A DNA stretch of 64,000 nt from IMG/VR virus record IMGVR_UViG_3300009008_000002, one strand, 5' to 3'. This document shows positions 55,323-63,443 of this stretch, one piece after another. The position numbers and the translations under genes are program-made. The notes beneath the pieces are model-generated. The model was given only the letters and a program-made list of their open reading frames with translations, was not told the DNA's origin and did no database searches. Each line of letters opens with the position of its first letter. Positions within the stretch are counted from its first letter, which is position 1. Source of the DNA: a virus. Taxonomy: Duplodnaviria; Heunggongvirae; Uroviricota; Caudoviricetes.

Positions 55323-56182
55323 ATTAAACTCCTTAATTCTTCGTCACTAATATCTCTACCAAATTTCCCCTTAAATGCGCCTCTTATTATATGTAGCCTG
55401 TGATCTTCAGGTTTTCCTGCTACTCTAGGTAGCATCATTTGAACAAATTCTCGCTCACCTTCTGGGGCTGGTTGGGATTGTTTAATTCTCCTATTCGCCA
55501 CTTTTTTGGCACTCGCATTCATGGCATCTACTGTATCGTAAGGATCTTTCTTACCCTGTCTACCTAATCTGTCCATGAAAATAAAAGTGATCAATAATTT
55601 CACACGCCTCGTATTTTTAAATTTACCGTGTTCATCTACAATGCCGCTGTCCTTAATTAATCGCTTGCTGAAACCAACTTCACCTAAAGACATATGATTT
55701 TTAATAACATACCACAGGTCTTTTTTGTCCTCAAAATTAGCGCTATTTGCTATACTTTGCCACAATGGAGATTGAAGCAACTCTTTGGCTGCTGGGTTGA
55801 AATTCCACGGCATTTCATGTTTAGGTGCTTTTAATTTATTCACATCTACATTATCCACATCTCGCCACGACGTTTTCTCCCCTTTGTCATCAACTTGAAC
55901 AGTAGCGTTTCCTTTACCCAAATCATGTAGCCAAGCAGCCAGTCTTAAAACATTCCTGTCTTCCTCAGAAAACTCTGTATCTATATTAGAAAAGGCTCCA
56001 TTGGGATCATTTGCCAAAGACTTCAATTGATTAATGGCTGCATCTAATTGCTTCCGAACCAGTCTCGAATGTACATACACCGGCCCTTCCGCATGATAAT
56101 CGGGGCGCTGAGGCACATCCGTAATTTTTCTGTATATGTTTTCCATTAATTCGCAGAACTCGAAAAAATCTTTAAAATACAT
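55319..56182 (-). CDS. HD-domain hydrolase (CCA/Pnkp-associated type)
   Basis: Q.PDYH.EG.V..HS, WLHDLGK, HE, NHM, D; N-terminus MYFKDFFE. Confidence 0.85.
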   Translation of the reverse strand: MYFKDFFEFCELMENIYRKITDVPQRPDYHAEGPVYVHSRLVRKQLDAAINQLKSLANDPNGAFSNIDTEFSEEDRNVLRLAAWLHDLGKGNATVQVDDKGEKTSWRDVDNVDVNKLKAPKHEMPWNFNPAAKELLQSPLWQSIANSANFEDKKDLWYVIKNHMSLGEVGFSKRLIKDSGIVDEHGKFKNTRRVKLLITFIFMDRLGRQGKKDPYDTVDAMNASAKKVANRRIKQSQPAPEGEREFVQMMLPRVAGKPEDHRLHIIRGAFKGKFGRDISDEELRSLM

Positions 56183-56226
56183 GTGCAACCTTATTATAGC
56201 AATCTACATTATCTATACAACCCACT

Positions 56227-56236
56227 AATATATATT
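56227..56236. promoter_or_regulatory. Palindromic late-type promoter AATATATATT between divergent genes
   Basis: ATATATA-N5-ATG on + strand. Confidence 0.6.
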
Positions 56237-56239
56237 GTC

Positions 56240-57154
56240 ATGTTACGCCAAACGCCTGTGTCATGTCCGCAGAAATATAAACACCAACAAAAAATAGGCG
56301 ATTTATTTTATACATTGCCCGTTTTAAAGGACTTTTGTGACACCAATGGACACCCGCCCTGCGAGGTCTATGTGGCTCCAAAGGATTGGGGCGAGAACAC
56401 TCACACAATGGATGCTTGCAAAGCAATGCTTCCCCTTCTTGAGTCTCAATATTACATTAAAAAAGCTGGCATCTACAAGAAAGGCATGGAAATTGACAGG
56501 GACTTAAAAAAGGTGTGGTGGCTAAAAGAAACTCGCATGGTGTATCGCAAGCGAAAACTTGAAGAACGCATTCAAAAATATGGCCCACATTGTAAAAAAG
56601 TTAATGAGAAAGACCCGTGGTGCGATTGTGGTTTCACAGAGGTAATGAACGACCCACTGATGAATCTCTGTCACAATATCGTTTATAACTTTGGCAAACC
56701 ACTCACTATAACAGACGACCCTTGGTTAGAAATACCTGATCCAAAAAGAGTCGCACCTGTAGTCATTTCCCGCTCCGATAGATATAAAAACTACAAATTC
56801 CCCTGGAAAACCTTATGGAAGAAATACCGACAAAAAGCTGTTTTTGTGGGCTTGAGATATGAATGGAAATTATTTTGTAAAAGAGTGGATGATGAAGTCC
56901 CCTTTTACCCAACAAATAATTTCTTAGAAGTTGGACAAGTTATAGCTGGTTCGCAATTGTTTATTGGCAACCAAAGCGCCCCATATGCTGTTGCAGAAGG
57001 AATGAAACACAATACAATCCAAGAAACATCGCCTCGTATCCCTAGTATCTACTTCAATCGCCCCAATGCAAGATACTTTTTAAGAAGATGGTATCCATGT
57101 TGCCCTTGTGGTAATCCTCAATGTATCCACAACTGCGCACGGATACACCTTTAA
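56240..57154 (+). CDS. GT9 (heptosyltransferase)-like glycosyltransferase
   Basis: IGDLFYTLP; FVG...E; NFLEV.QVI.GS.LFIGNQS.PYA.AE. Confidence 0.7.
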   Translation: MLRQTPVSCPQKYKHQQKIGDLFYTLPVLKDFCDTNGHPPCEVYVAPKDWGENTHTMDACKAMLPLLESQYYIKKAGIYKKGMEIDRDLKKVWWLKETRMVYRKRKLEERIQKYGPHCKKVNEKDPWCDCGFTEVMNDPLMNLCHNIVYNFGKPLTITDDPWLEIPDPKRVAPVVISRSDRYKNYKFPWKTLWKKYRQKAVFVGLRYEWKLFCKRVDDEVPFYPTNNFLEVGQVIAGSQLFIGNQSAPYAVAEGMKHNTIQETSPRIPSIYFNRPNARYFLRRWYPCCPCGNPQCIHNCARIHL

Positions 57155-57897
57155 AGATCGTAAAAATTAATAGCCCTGTCTATTTGTGCAGCACATGGTA
57201 CTGCAAAATGTTTACAGTGAACTTTTCGTTGGTGTTTACCCTCAAATCCTATATGTTCAATAAACGAATGACCTGTGCAATAAAGTTTTAACTTTCTAGC
57301 AGCTACATTTTTCCCATAAGACCAATCTATGGTTTGTTTAGCGCCACCATGAACGCCTCTTATCCTTGTGCCTCGCCATAAATCCTTTCTGATTACAGAA
57401 CCAAAAAAACCCAAACTAGCCTTTTCCAAATAATAAACATTCTTCTTACCATCTTCATCGGGCAAATTTTTCTTCGCTGGGAAGTTTACTATGGTCTTGT
57501 GAAATGGTGTATTAAAAACGCTGCCCATCCCCATATTCGGCAATTCAGAAATCAATGTAGATACGCCTTTTTTAAAAATCAAAGGATGAAGCACTGCATC
57601 TGCCTCAATAATAGTTAGATATTTTCCTTTCATCTGCTTGAATACTAGGGGAAGAATATGATGATACATCAACTCAATAGACTTAAATGGCCCCACATTA
57701 TAAAAACTTACAGGCAAATCCTCAACCAGTTCAGGCTTCTGACCATCTTTGTTTCCATTTGTGTTAAAAAGGTAAATGTGAACATTGGGGTATTCCTTGA
57801 CAGCCTCTCTCAAAGTACATAAAGTAACCCTGAGATAATTCCACTTATTTTGATAAGGGATAAGGACATTTATCAAAGGTCTTGGGCGTTTTGCCAT
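57151..57897 (-). CDS. GT-A (GT2-like) glycosyltransferase
   Basis: VLIPY.N...YL..TL; IIEADAVLHP (ExD); SFIEHIG. Confidence 0.6.
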   Translation of the reverse strand: MAKRPRPLINVLIPYQNKWNYLRVTLCTLREAVKEYPNVHIYLFNTNGNKDGQKPELVEDLPVSFYNVGPFKSIELMYHHILPLVFKQMKGKYLTIIEADAVLHPLIFKKGVSTLISELPNMGMGSVFNTPFHKTIVNFPAKKNLPDEDGKKNVYYLEKASLGFFGSVIRKDLWRGTRIRGVHGGAKQTIDWSYGKNVAARKLKLYCTGHSFIEHIGFEGKHQRKVHCKHFAVPCAAQIDRAINFYDL

Positions 57898-57916
57898 CTT
57901 CTCAGCTCTCCTTTAC

Positions 57917-57926
57917 TTATATATAA
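57917..57926. promoter_or_regulatory. Palindromic late-type promoter TTATATATAA between divergent genes
   Basis: ATATATA-N5-ATG on + strand; AAGGAG leader on - strand. Confidence 0.6.
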
Positions 57927-57930
57927 TATC

Positions 57931-58545
57931 ATGGCGGGACTGTTATTTGGTAAAGACGAACATACTTTAAAAAAATCCATTGATGTTTTAATAAAAAGGA
58001 AAGCAAAAAACCTCTCATTCTTGGAAATAGGGTGTCATAGAGGTCATACTTCTCTATTATTAATAAATTACATCAAAAGATACACTTCAGATTTTGCTTA
58101 CTATGGAATTGACCCTGGTGGACTGCGACCAAACAAGTCATATCGGTTAAATGGAGTAATTCGTGATTTAAGAAACACAAACTTCAAACTGATTAAAGGA
58201 TTCAGCTTTGAAGTGGCGGATCAATTTAATTCTTTAGATTGGATATTTGTAGATGGTTGCCATTGCGCAGAATGTGTGCGCAAGGACATTGAGTTGTATC
58301 TGCCGAAGTTGTCCCAAGATGGCTTGATTAGCTTCCATGACGCCTCAGCAGACGCCCAAGGAAAAAGCAATCAAGACTACGATCTTCTAAGAGAATACCA
58401 CGACAGGAATCTCGCTAGAAAAAAAGGAATCCAAGTGCTTGACACTTTGCGAGATTTAGATGCATGTTTGATAATACCGCCAGAAATCCACCAAAAATTA
58501 GGTGGAATCGCCGTTTATTCAAAGGCTAGACGGCCATGCTTATAA
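57931..58545 (+). CDS. Class I SAM methyltransferase (Methyltransf_24-like)
   Basis: LEIGC..G.TS; DWIFVDG.H...V..D....L.KL..DG.I.FHD. Confidence 0.85.
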   Translation: MAGLLFGKDEHTLKKSIDVLIKRKAKNLSFLEIGCHRGHTSLLLINYIKRYTSDFAYYGIDPGGLRPNKSYRLNGVIRDLRNTNFKLIKGFSFEVADQFNSLDWIFVDGCHCAECVRKDIELYLPKLSQDGLISFHDASADAQGKSNQDYDLLREYHDRNLARKKGIQVLDTLRDLDACLIIPPEIHQKLGGIAVYSKARRPCL

Positions 58546-58761
58546 GCTGAATTCCTCTTTGCGCTGTTTAAATAAGCCTTCTTTGTAGACTTGACAATTT
58601 TCCCACTTATCTAAACACCAGAGATCGAGAGAAGCCATATCACACAGCCCTGCTCGAAACTGCTGATAATACCCACACTCTCCCGCATGATAGTCTCGTC
58701 CGCAAAACCACTTCCCATCATTTAATTTCAGATGGGGGCACTTCACTTGGAAGGTTCCCAT
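58540..58761 (-). CDS. Small Cys-rich protein
   Basis: ATG 58761; CPH...C...C...C..Y. Confidence 0.55.
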   Translation of the reverse strand: MGTFQVKCPHLKLNDGKWFCGRDYHAGECGYYQQFRAGLCDMASLDLWCLDKWENCQVYKEGLFKQRKEEFSL

Positions 58762-59083
58762 TGTGCATTCTCTCAACCATTTCGTCCAACTGAGAAAAAG
58801 TATAAGATAGGGGACATGGTAACAAATCGGGATCGCAGTTATTAAATGAAACACCACCCGCATTGAAGTATCCTTTGAGGGTGTCTTCCGTGCGGACAAT
58901 ATCTGCGTTAATCGCCTCTGCGTATCGGACATACCTGCCCGTTTCTGCGAACTCTTCCTTGACTTCTTCCTCATCCGTGCTTTGCGCTTGGCCATTAGGC
59001 AGTCTCAGTCGTAAACGAGCATCACTTAATATAATCTCAGGAAGAGGGACATTAACACGTTCTACCTCTAAAGGTCTGTTCAT
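58718..59083 (-). CDS. Hypothetical protein
   Basis: ATG 59083. Confidence 0.6.
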   Translation of the reverse strand: MNRPLEVERVNVPLPEIILSDARLRLRLPNGQAQSTDEEEVKEEFAETGRYVRYAEAINADIVRTEDTLKGYFNAGGVSFNNCDPDLLPCPLSYTFSQLDEMVERMHNGNLPSEVPPSEIK

Positions 59084-59093
59084 TTTAAAATTT

Positions 59094-59303
59094 CCCCACA
59101 GGACAGGGCGTGACAAGTCATCGCCCGAAGGCGAATGAAAGACAATAATTTAAATTAGTCTTGAGGCTTAAGGTTTCGGGCTTTAATTCAACAAATCTTA
59201 AATCTCTTATTTGAGATCAAGCTCGATAACCATTGGAGTCGCCTGTAAAGGCTAACGACAATTTTTTATCTTTCTTCCCTGCTCGTTTCCTGTCCCTTGG
59301 GGG
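59094..59303 (-). ncRNA. Candidate ~210-nt structured RNA
   Basis: Closing helix GGACAGG / CCTGTCC plus CCCC / GGGG; GAAAGA / TCTTTC; C(UUCG)G hairpin; several inner hairpins. Confidence 0.6.
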
Positions 59304-59311
59304 AAATGGAA

Positions 59312-59782
59312 TCAGAATTCCAGAACTGGTGTGTCTATGCTCTGGGTGTTGTTGTGCTTGTCAACAAACTCCTGTAGGTCATCAAGCTCTGTATTTACTT
59401 CTGAGATCGCCTCATCAATATCTGCCTTGCGAACCATAGCGCTGTAAACAACCTCACCCTCGTCCCCGTAAAGATTGCGGTGCTTCTGTTGCTTGCCATG
59501 TGTGGTGGGGACAGATTGCAGGAAAACGAGGCGTCCTTTTAATTCCTGCATCTTGACGATGGCTTCTTTGATGGGTGCATTGGCGGCATCAATCCGCAAT
59601 TTGAGATCCACCAAATGCGCCTCTAAACTGAGGCGCTCTTTAAATAGATCCTGCACATCATACTCTCTTTCGCCACCTTCCAAAATGGAATTAAATTGGC
59701 GAATGTCATCTTCAGTCTTGCGAAGTCTTTCGATGACTCGATTCTTGTACTTTAACGCACGGGCTAATGTAATTTCTGGCAT
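59312..59782 (-). CDS. DIP1984/DUF6847-like coiled-coil protein
   Basis: TLA.ALK.KNR...; LK..I..AN; L.EL..RL..L; LD..Q..VD.HN. Confidence 0.6.
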   Translation of the reverse strand: MPEITLARALKYKNRVIERLRKTEDDIRQFNSILEGGEREYDVQDLFKERLSLEAHLVDLKLRIDAANAPIKEAIVKMQELKGRLVFLQSVPTTHGKQQKHRNLYGDEGEVVYSAMVRKADIDEAISEVNTELDDLQEFVDKHNNTQSIDTPVLEF

Positions 59783-59790
59783 GTTCTCAC

Positions 59791-60138
59791 CTAAAATGGT
59801 TCTTCACAACGTTGAATGAAATGTCTGACGTTATTCCTACTGTGTATGGGGGACGGCATCTCTATGGGGCTATCGAAAAATTCAGCGACAATCTCCACAA
59901 CCATCTCTTCGTCCAATGGCTTCTTGTCCAACACCCCAATCGACAAGTGCCAGAACCTCTTCATGTTCGGCGGCAAAATGTCTTCTGTCAGCATAAGCCG
60001 CAATGTGCGACCCTTGTAAGTGAAATCCTGTCTGTTCTTAGGGCCTCCCTGTTTTAGTTTCTCTATCAGGACTGCGGGTTCGACAGGAAACGGCTCTATG
60101 CCCGCCTTCAAAATATCGGCAACTGCTTTCAGGTCCAT
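59791..60138 (-). CDS. Hypothetical protein (DUF7694-like HLSI motif)
   Basis: FWHLSIG; HFIQ. Confidence 0.65.
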   Translation of the reverse strand: MDLKAVADILKAGIEPFPVEPAVLIEKLKQGGPKNRQDFTYKGRTLRLMLTEDILPPNMKRFWHLSIGVLDKKPLDEEMVVEIVAEFFDSPIEMPSPIHSRNNVRHFIQRCEEPF

Positions 60139-60205
60139 TATACATTGTCTCCCATGTTTTTCAACCCCATTCGGTTGATTGCATTGCTATCAATTAATAT
60201 TTCTG

Positions 60206-60234
60206 TTGACTTTGGCACCCCCCCATGATACATT
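60206..60234 (+). promoter_or_regulatory. Sigma70 promoter TTGACT-N17-TACATT (TGn extended)
   Basis: Upstream of + strand gene 60288. Confidence 0.6.
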
Positions 60235-60287
60235 ACCAATGTCTTCTTGGGGTAATCTGTATTCATTTTTAGTTTTTAGGGGAACTG

Positions 60288-60713
60288 ATGAAGGATAAAT
60301 ACATAATTGACACGGACGGTATCGCCAACCCTATCACAATCTACATCAACATTATTCAGAACAACATCATCGTTATGTGTACAAATGGTTTCGACCAATT
60401 TAGCACAACTTTTTGGAAACCCGAAAGCTGCACTCACGATGATCCTCTTACGTGGCTTGTAGGGCACTTAGTCATCATGGAGAAAATCATTGATGATGGC
60501 CCTCACATGGCAGAGGAAGCAGTAACCGACTTGAACTATTTAAAAACCAATTGTGTTGCTCCTAATGATTGGTCTTGTGATGAATGTAACAAATCATTCG
60601 GTATTGTAGCGCAAAAACTAAAAGAATGGATGGGAGACGACTACAAGGAATTCATACGCTCCCCAATCATTCGCTCGAAAGATGGGGCAACGAATCGAAA
60701 TCCACAGTATTAG
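60288..60713 (+). CDS. Hypothetical protein (counter-oriented)
   Basis: AGGGG RBS; own promoter; fills a minus-strand gap. Confidence 0.6.
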   Translation: MKDKYIIDTDGIANPITIYINIIQNNIIVMCTNGFDQFSTTFWKPESCTHDDPLTWLVGHLVIMEKIIDDGPHMAEEAVTDLNYLKTNCVAPNDWSCDECNKSFGIVAQKLKEWMGDDYKEFIRSPIIRSKDGATNRNPQY

Positions 60714-61044
60714 CTTCCTTGTGGGCCACGATCCACTTCGCCTCATCTAAATATTGTGCCGCAAGTCGTCCGCTTGGGGTTTGTCTGGCTAATGTGATTA
60801 ACGATTTTGCTTGTTGGTGCCAATCCGCCTCTCTATGGGGGCACACATATAAATCCCAAGTGTCTTTCGATGGTTCGCCTCTTGATTTAGCAGCCATTGC
60901 GGCCACATAGCCACGCGGCCCGATTTTATTTCTGGTAACAGGCATCACTGCTCCGCACACACCACATCGCAACTGATCACCGTGGGTGCCGGGATCGGGT
61001 GTAAAGCGGTCACAGCCCAAAGAGGGCGTCCTTTTTTCGCTCAT
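60667..61044 (-). CDS. Zn-binding hypothetical protein
   Basis: CGVC...CPH. Confidence 0.65.
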   Translation of the reverse strand: MSEKRTPSLGCDRFTPDPGTHGDQLRCGVCGAVMPVTRNKIGPRGYVAAMAAKSRGEPSKDTWDLYVCPHREADWHQQAKSLITLARQTPSGRLAAQYLDEAKWIVAHKEANTVDFDSLPHLSSE

Positions 61045-61271
61045 CGCCAACCTATTAAATTCATTGGGGTAAAATCTTCCTGATTTTCCAACAACCAAGG
61101 GATGACGCACTCCGTTTCAAACAACGTCAGGTCCAGACTTTCAGGGCCGGGGGCACATCCACTACCCATTATAACATAGCCATGAACATTGTTCAGTCGA
61201 AACTCTTCTAATTTCTCTTTGGTGGCTCCAAGAGCCACTAATCTTTTGGTCGAAGCGTAGTCGCCATACAT
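61041..61271 (-). CDS. Hypothetical protein
   Basis: AGGAG RBS. Confidence 0.65.
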   Translation of the reverse strand: MYGDYASTKRLVALGATKEKLEEFRLNNVHGYVIMGSGCAPGPESLDLTLFETECVIPWLLENQEDFTPMNLIGWR

Positions 61272-61281
61272 GGTTTCTCTC

Positions 61282-61497
61282 CTAACCTACAGGGAACTTC
61301 TCACGAATGTTGCCTTTGCTGTCTACAATATCAACCTGATCTGCCCCAGTGCTGCGGATTCGCCCCTTATACCTTTCTTTAACAAATTCCACAGCTTCGT
61401 CAAACGTGTCGAATTCGCCGCCAGTGACAAGGAACGTCTCGTTGTCGAATGTATCCCAATGATACACCCCAAATTCTTTCTTATGCTGGATCGGCAT
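61282..61497 (-). CDS. Hypothetical protein
   Basis: ATG 61497 after GGAGG. Confidence 0.65.
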   Translation of the reverse strand: MPIQHKKEFGVYHWDTFDNETFLVTGGEFDTFDEAVEFVKERYKGRIRSTGADQVDIVDSKGNIREKFPVG

Positions 61498-61759
61498 TTT
61501 CCTCCTCCATTCTTTTAACACTCTTGCGTCGGACCTTAACCCAGTGTCTAGGCCCATGACCTGCTTTCATTTCATTAATTAATTCAACGACCCGTTCACC
61601 CCAACCTTGACCGTATTCTTTACGAATCTCTTCCTCGGTAGCAGGAACATTAACAGTTACCCAGAAATGCCACAAATTTAAAGCATAGGGGAAACTGACC
61701 ACCCTTCCCCGGCGACCCTGGTGTGGCCCTTCAATGATTTTAACAAATGTATCTTTCAT
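61481..61759 (-). CDS. KOW-like small protein
   Basis: VKIIEGPHQGRRGRV. Confidence 0.65.
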   Translation of the reverse strand: MKDTFVKIIEGPHQGRRGRVVSFPYALNLWHFWVTVNVPATEEEIRKEYGQGWGERVVELINEMKAGHGPRHWVKVRRKSVKRMEEENADPA

Positions 61760-61998
61760 TTGTCTTCTTCTTTATTTAAGTGCCATTCGTTCAGTTGTCG
61801 CCTAACGTCTTCTAGGTGTTCCTCACGTATAATAAGACTATACGGTTGTTTGAAATATGTAGAATAATCCAACGTCACACGACACCACCCATCACCATCC
61901 ATAAGGATAGTGGTTCCCATATCTTCTACTGAATCTGCCATAATCCAAGCACCATGTATGGGATTGACCAAAAAGCTAAAATCGCTATTGCAACCCAC
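61756..61998 (-). CDS. Hypothetical protein
   Basis: ATGA overlap. Confidence 0.55.
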   Translation of the reverse strand: MGCNSDFSFLVNPIHGAWIMADSVEDMGTTILMDGDGWCRVTLDYSTYFKQPYSLIIREEHLEDVRRQLNEWHLNKEEDK

Positions 61999-62010
61999 AA
62001 AAGACGCCGA

Positions 62011-62556
62011 TCATTCCACATCTTCGTCAGAATCCTCTTCGCTTCCTTCACTTGTAAATTTCCTTTCATTCAGCATTTGTCTCAATTCTTCCAATTCATC
62101 TTCGCTAAGATAGAGACAACTTCCCCATTTAGCCAACCCCAATCTTAAAACCCCATCTTCGCCCTGATGAAGCGTTATGGCACCATCATCAGTTTCGTAT
62201 TCTAATTCTAGTTTTTCTGGCTCGTCAAGTGTGGGAGGTTCGGCATTAGCGTTATATGGCCCGGCAGCATGATATACTGGCCCCGTATCGTCAACATCAT
62301 CCCAGCCGTCGTCGTCAAAGAAGCCATCGTCGTCAACCAACTCCTCGAATTCTTTAAATCCGAGCGGGTCATTCGGATCGTGGGTGTGAGTTTCCCAAGG
62401 TGGGGGCTTCGCAGCAGCATTTAGCATCTCACGGGCCATATCAGGCGTTATGACTTGCCTGAATATTACAGGCGCATTAGGCGGATCAGGTGGTGTGCCT
62501 AGATCGTCAGACTCTTCAACTTCTGACAACCATTTGAGAATATCATCGTCATCCAT
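62011..62556 (-). CDS. Acidic hypothetical protein
   Basis: ATG 62556 after GAGGT; track extension overlaps tRNA. Confidence 0.7.
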   Translation of the reverse strand: MDDDDILKWLSEVEESDDLGTPPDPPNAPVIFRQVITPDMAREMLNAAAKPPPWETHTHDPNDPLGFKEFEELVDDDGFFDDDGWDDVDDTGPVYHAAGPYNANAEPPTLDEPEKLELEYETDDGAITLHQGEDGVLRLGLAKWGSCLYLSEDELEELRQMLNERKFTSEGSEEDSDEDVE

Positions 62557-62569
62557 TTCAAACCTCAAG

Positions 62570-62644
62570 CGTCCCTGGTGGGACTCGAACCCACAACGCA
62601 GAGATTTAGAGTCTCCCGCTCTGACCAATTAGAGCTACAGGGAC
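62570..62644 (-). tRNA. tRNA with CUA anticodon (amber suppressor)
   Basis: GTCCCTG / CAGGGAC acceptor; GCTC / GAGC D-arm with GG; GGAGA-CTCTAAA-TCTCT; GTGGG-TTCGAGT-CCCAC; G73; no encoded CCA. Confidence 0.92.
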
Positions 62645-62655
62645 GTGGGACGCCA

Positions 62656-63141
62656 TTAACAATACTCCACAATTTCAGAACCATCGGAACTTTTAACTGT
62701 GATTTTGGCCAGTGGGCGCTCGTCAACTGGTGGTCGGTCTTCTTTAAATTCGACAACCTTTCCTTTTTCCGGGTAGTTGCCAGCAATGGTGTATTCTACA
62801 TCGTAATCTTCGGTGTTCTCTGGGGTCACGTCGCCAAACCATTCAAGCACCGTTGGCATATCCTCCTCTTTCACAGGATGGAAGGATTGATTTTCGTGTG
62901 ACGAAAGTGACCCGTCTGCATGTCTCATAATTACAAGGTCAGTCTTCCAAGCGCCCCATTTTATTCTCACCTGGACAATGTAGCCTATATACCGTTCCCA
63001 CCCTCTTTCGCCACGCATGTTGTCCATTTGCAATCCGGTAATATAATATTTACCGGGTTCGGGATACGGTTGGCGACTATTTGGAACCATGTTCTCGTAG
63101 TCACGATTTTCGACAATCAATTTTATATTTGCTGCCAACAT
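62656..63141 (-). CDS. Hypothetical protein
   Basis: ATG 63141 in a TAATG overlap. Confidence 0.7.
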   Translation of the reverse strand: MLAANIKLIVENRDYENMVPNSRQPYPEPGKYYITGLQMDNMRGERGWERYIGYIVQVRIKWGAWKTDLVIMRHADGSLSSHENQSFHPVKEEDMPTVLEWFGDVTPENTEDYDVEYTIAGNYPEKGKVVEFKEDRPPVDERPLAKITVKSSDGSEIVEYC

Positions 63142-63443
63142 TATTGCAACTCCATTTCCCAAATATAACTGTAGCCGTGAAAATCTGGGGATGGTGGTAT
63201 AATGATTACCGTTCCATCTTGACACTCGAATGGCTCAGGCTCATCGTCGTTTATCCATGTGCCTTCATAACACCACAGGTTTCTATCGGGCCAAGGAATC
63301 ACGCCACTAATTTTCATCTTGCCGCCCGCATCATGGATGCCAGTTTTTCCATGCACAACGGCTGTCCACCCAAGCGGAATTATTGCAAAATACAACACCG
63401 CCAGGATGGTAAAGGCTATCGCTAAAATTCGCAAGTATTTCAT
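63141..63443 (-). CDS. Signal-anchored small protein
   Basis: ATG 63443; N-terminal TM. Confidence 0.65.
   Translation of the reverse strand: MKYLRILAIAFTILAVLYFAIIPLGWTAVVHGKTGIHDAGGKMKISGVIPWPDRNLWCYEGTWINDDEPEPFECQDGTVIIIPPSPDFHGYSYIWEMELQ

Noticed and set aside
60137-60164. TTGAAA-N16-TATAAT promoter for gene 59791..60138
   Set aside because: The -10 overlaps the ATG, so +1 would fall inside the ORF; the spacer contains the GGGAG RBS; it could at most serve the next gene
62600-62616. Reading the tRNA as Arg(UCU) or as tRNA-Pyl
   Set aside because: The 5-bp stem fixes the loop as CTCTAAA with CTA at positions 34-36; the D-loop GG, T-loop TTC and 5-nt variable loop are unlike tRNA-Pyl
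62557-62628. N-terminal extension of track ORF 62011..62628
   Set aside because: It overlaps the tRNA; ATG 62556 has a GAGGT RBS
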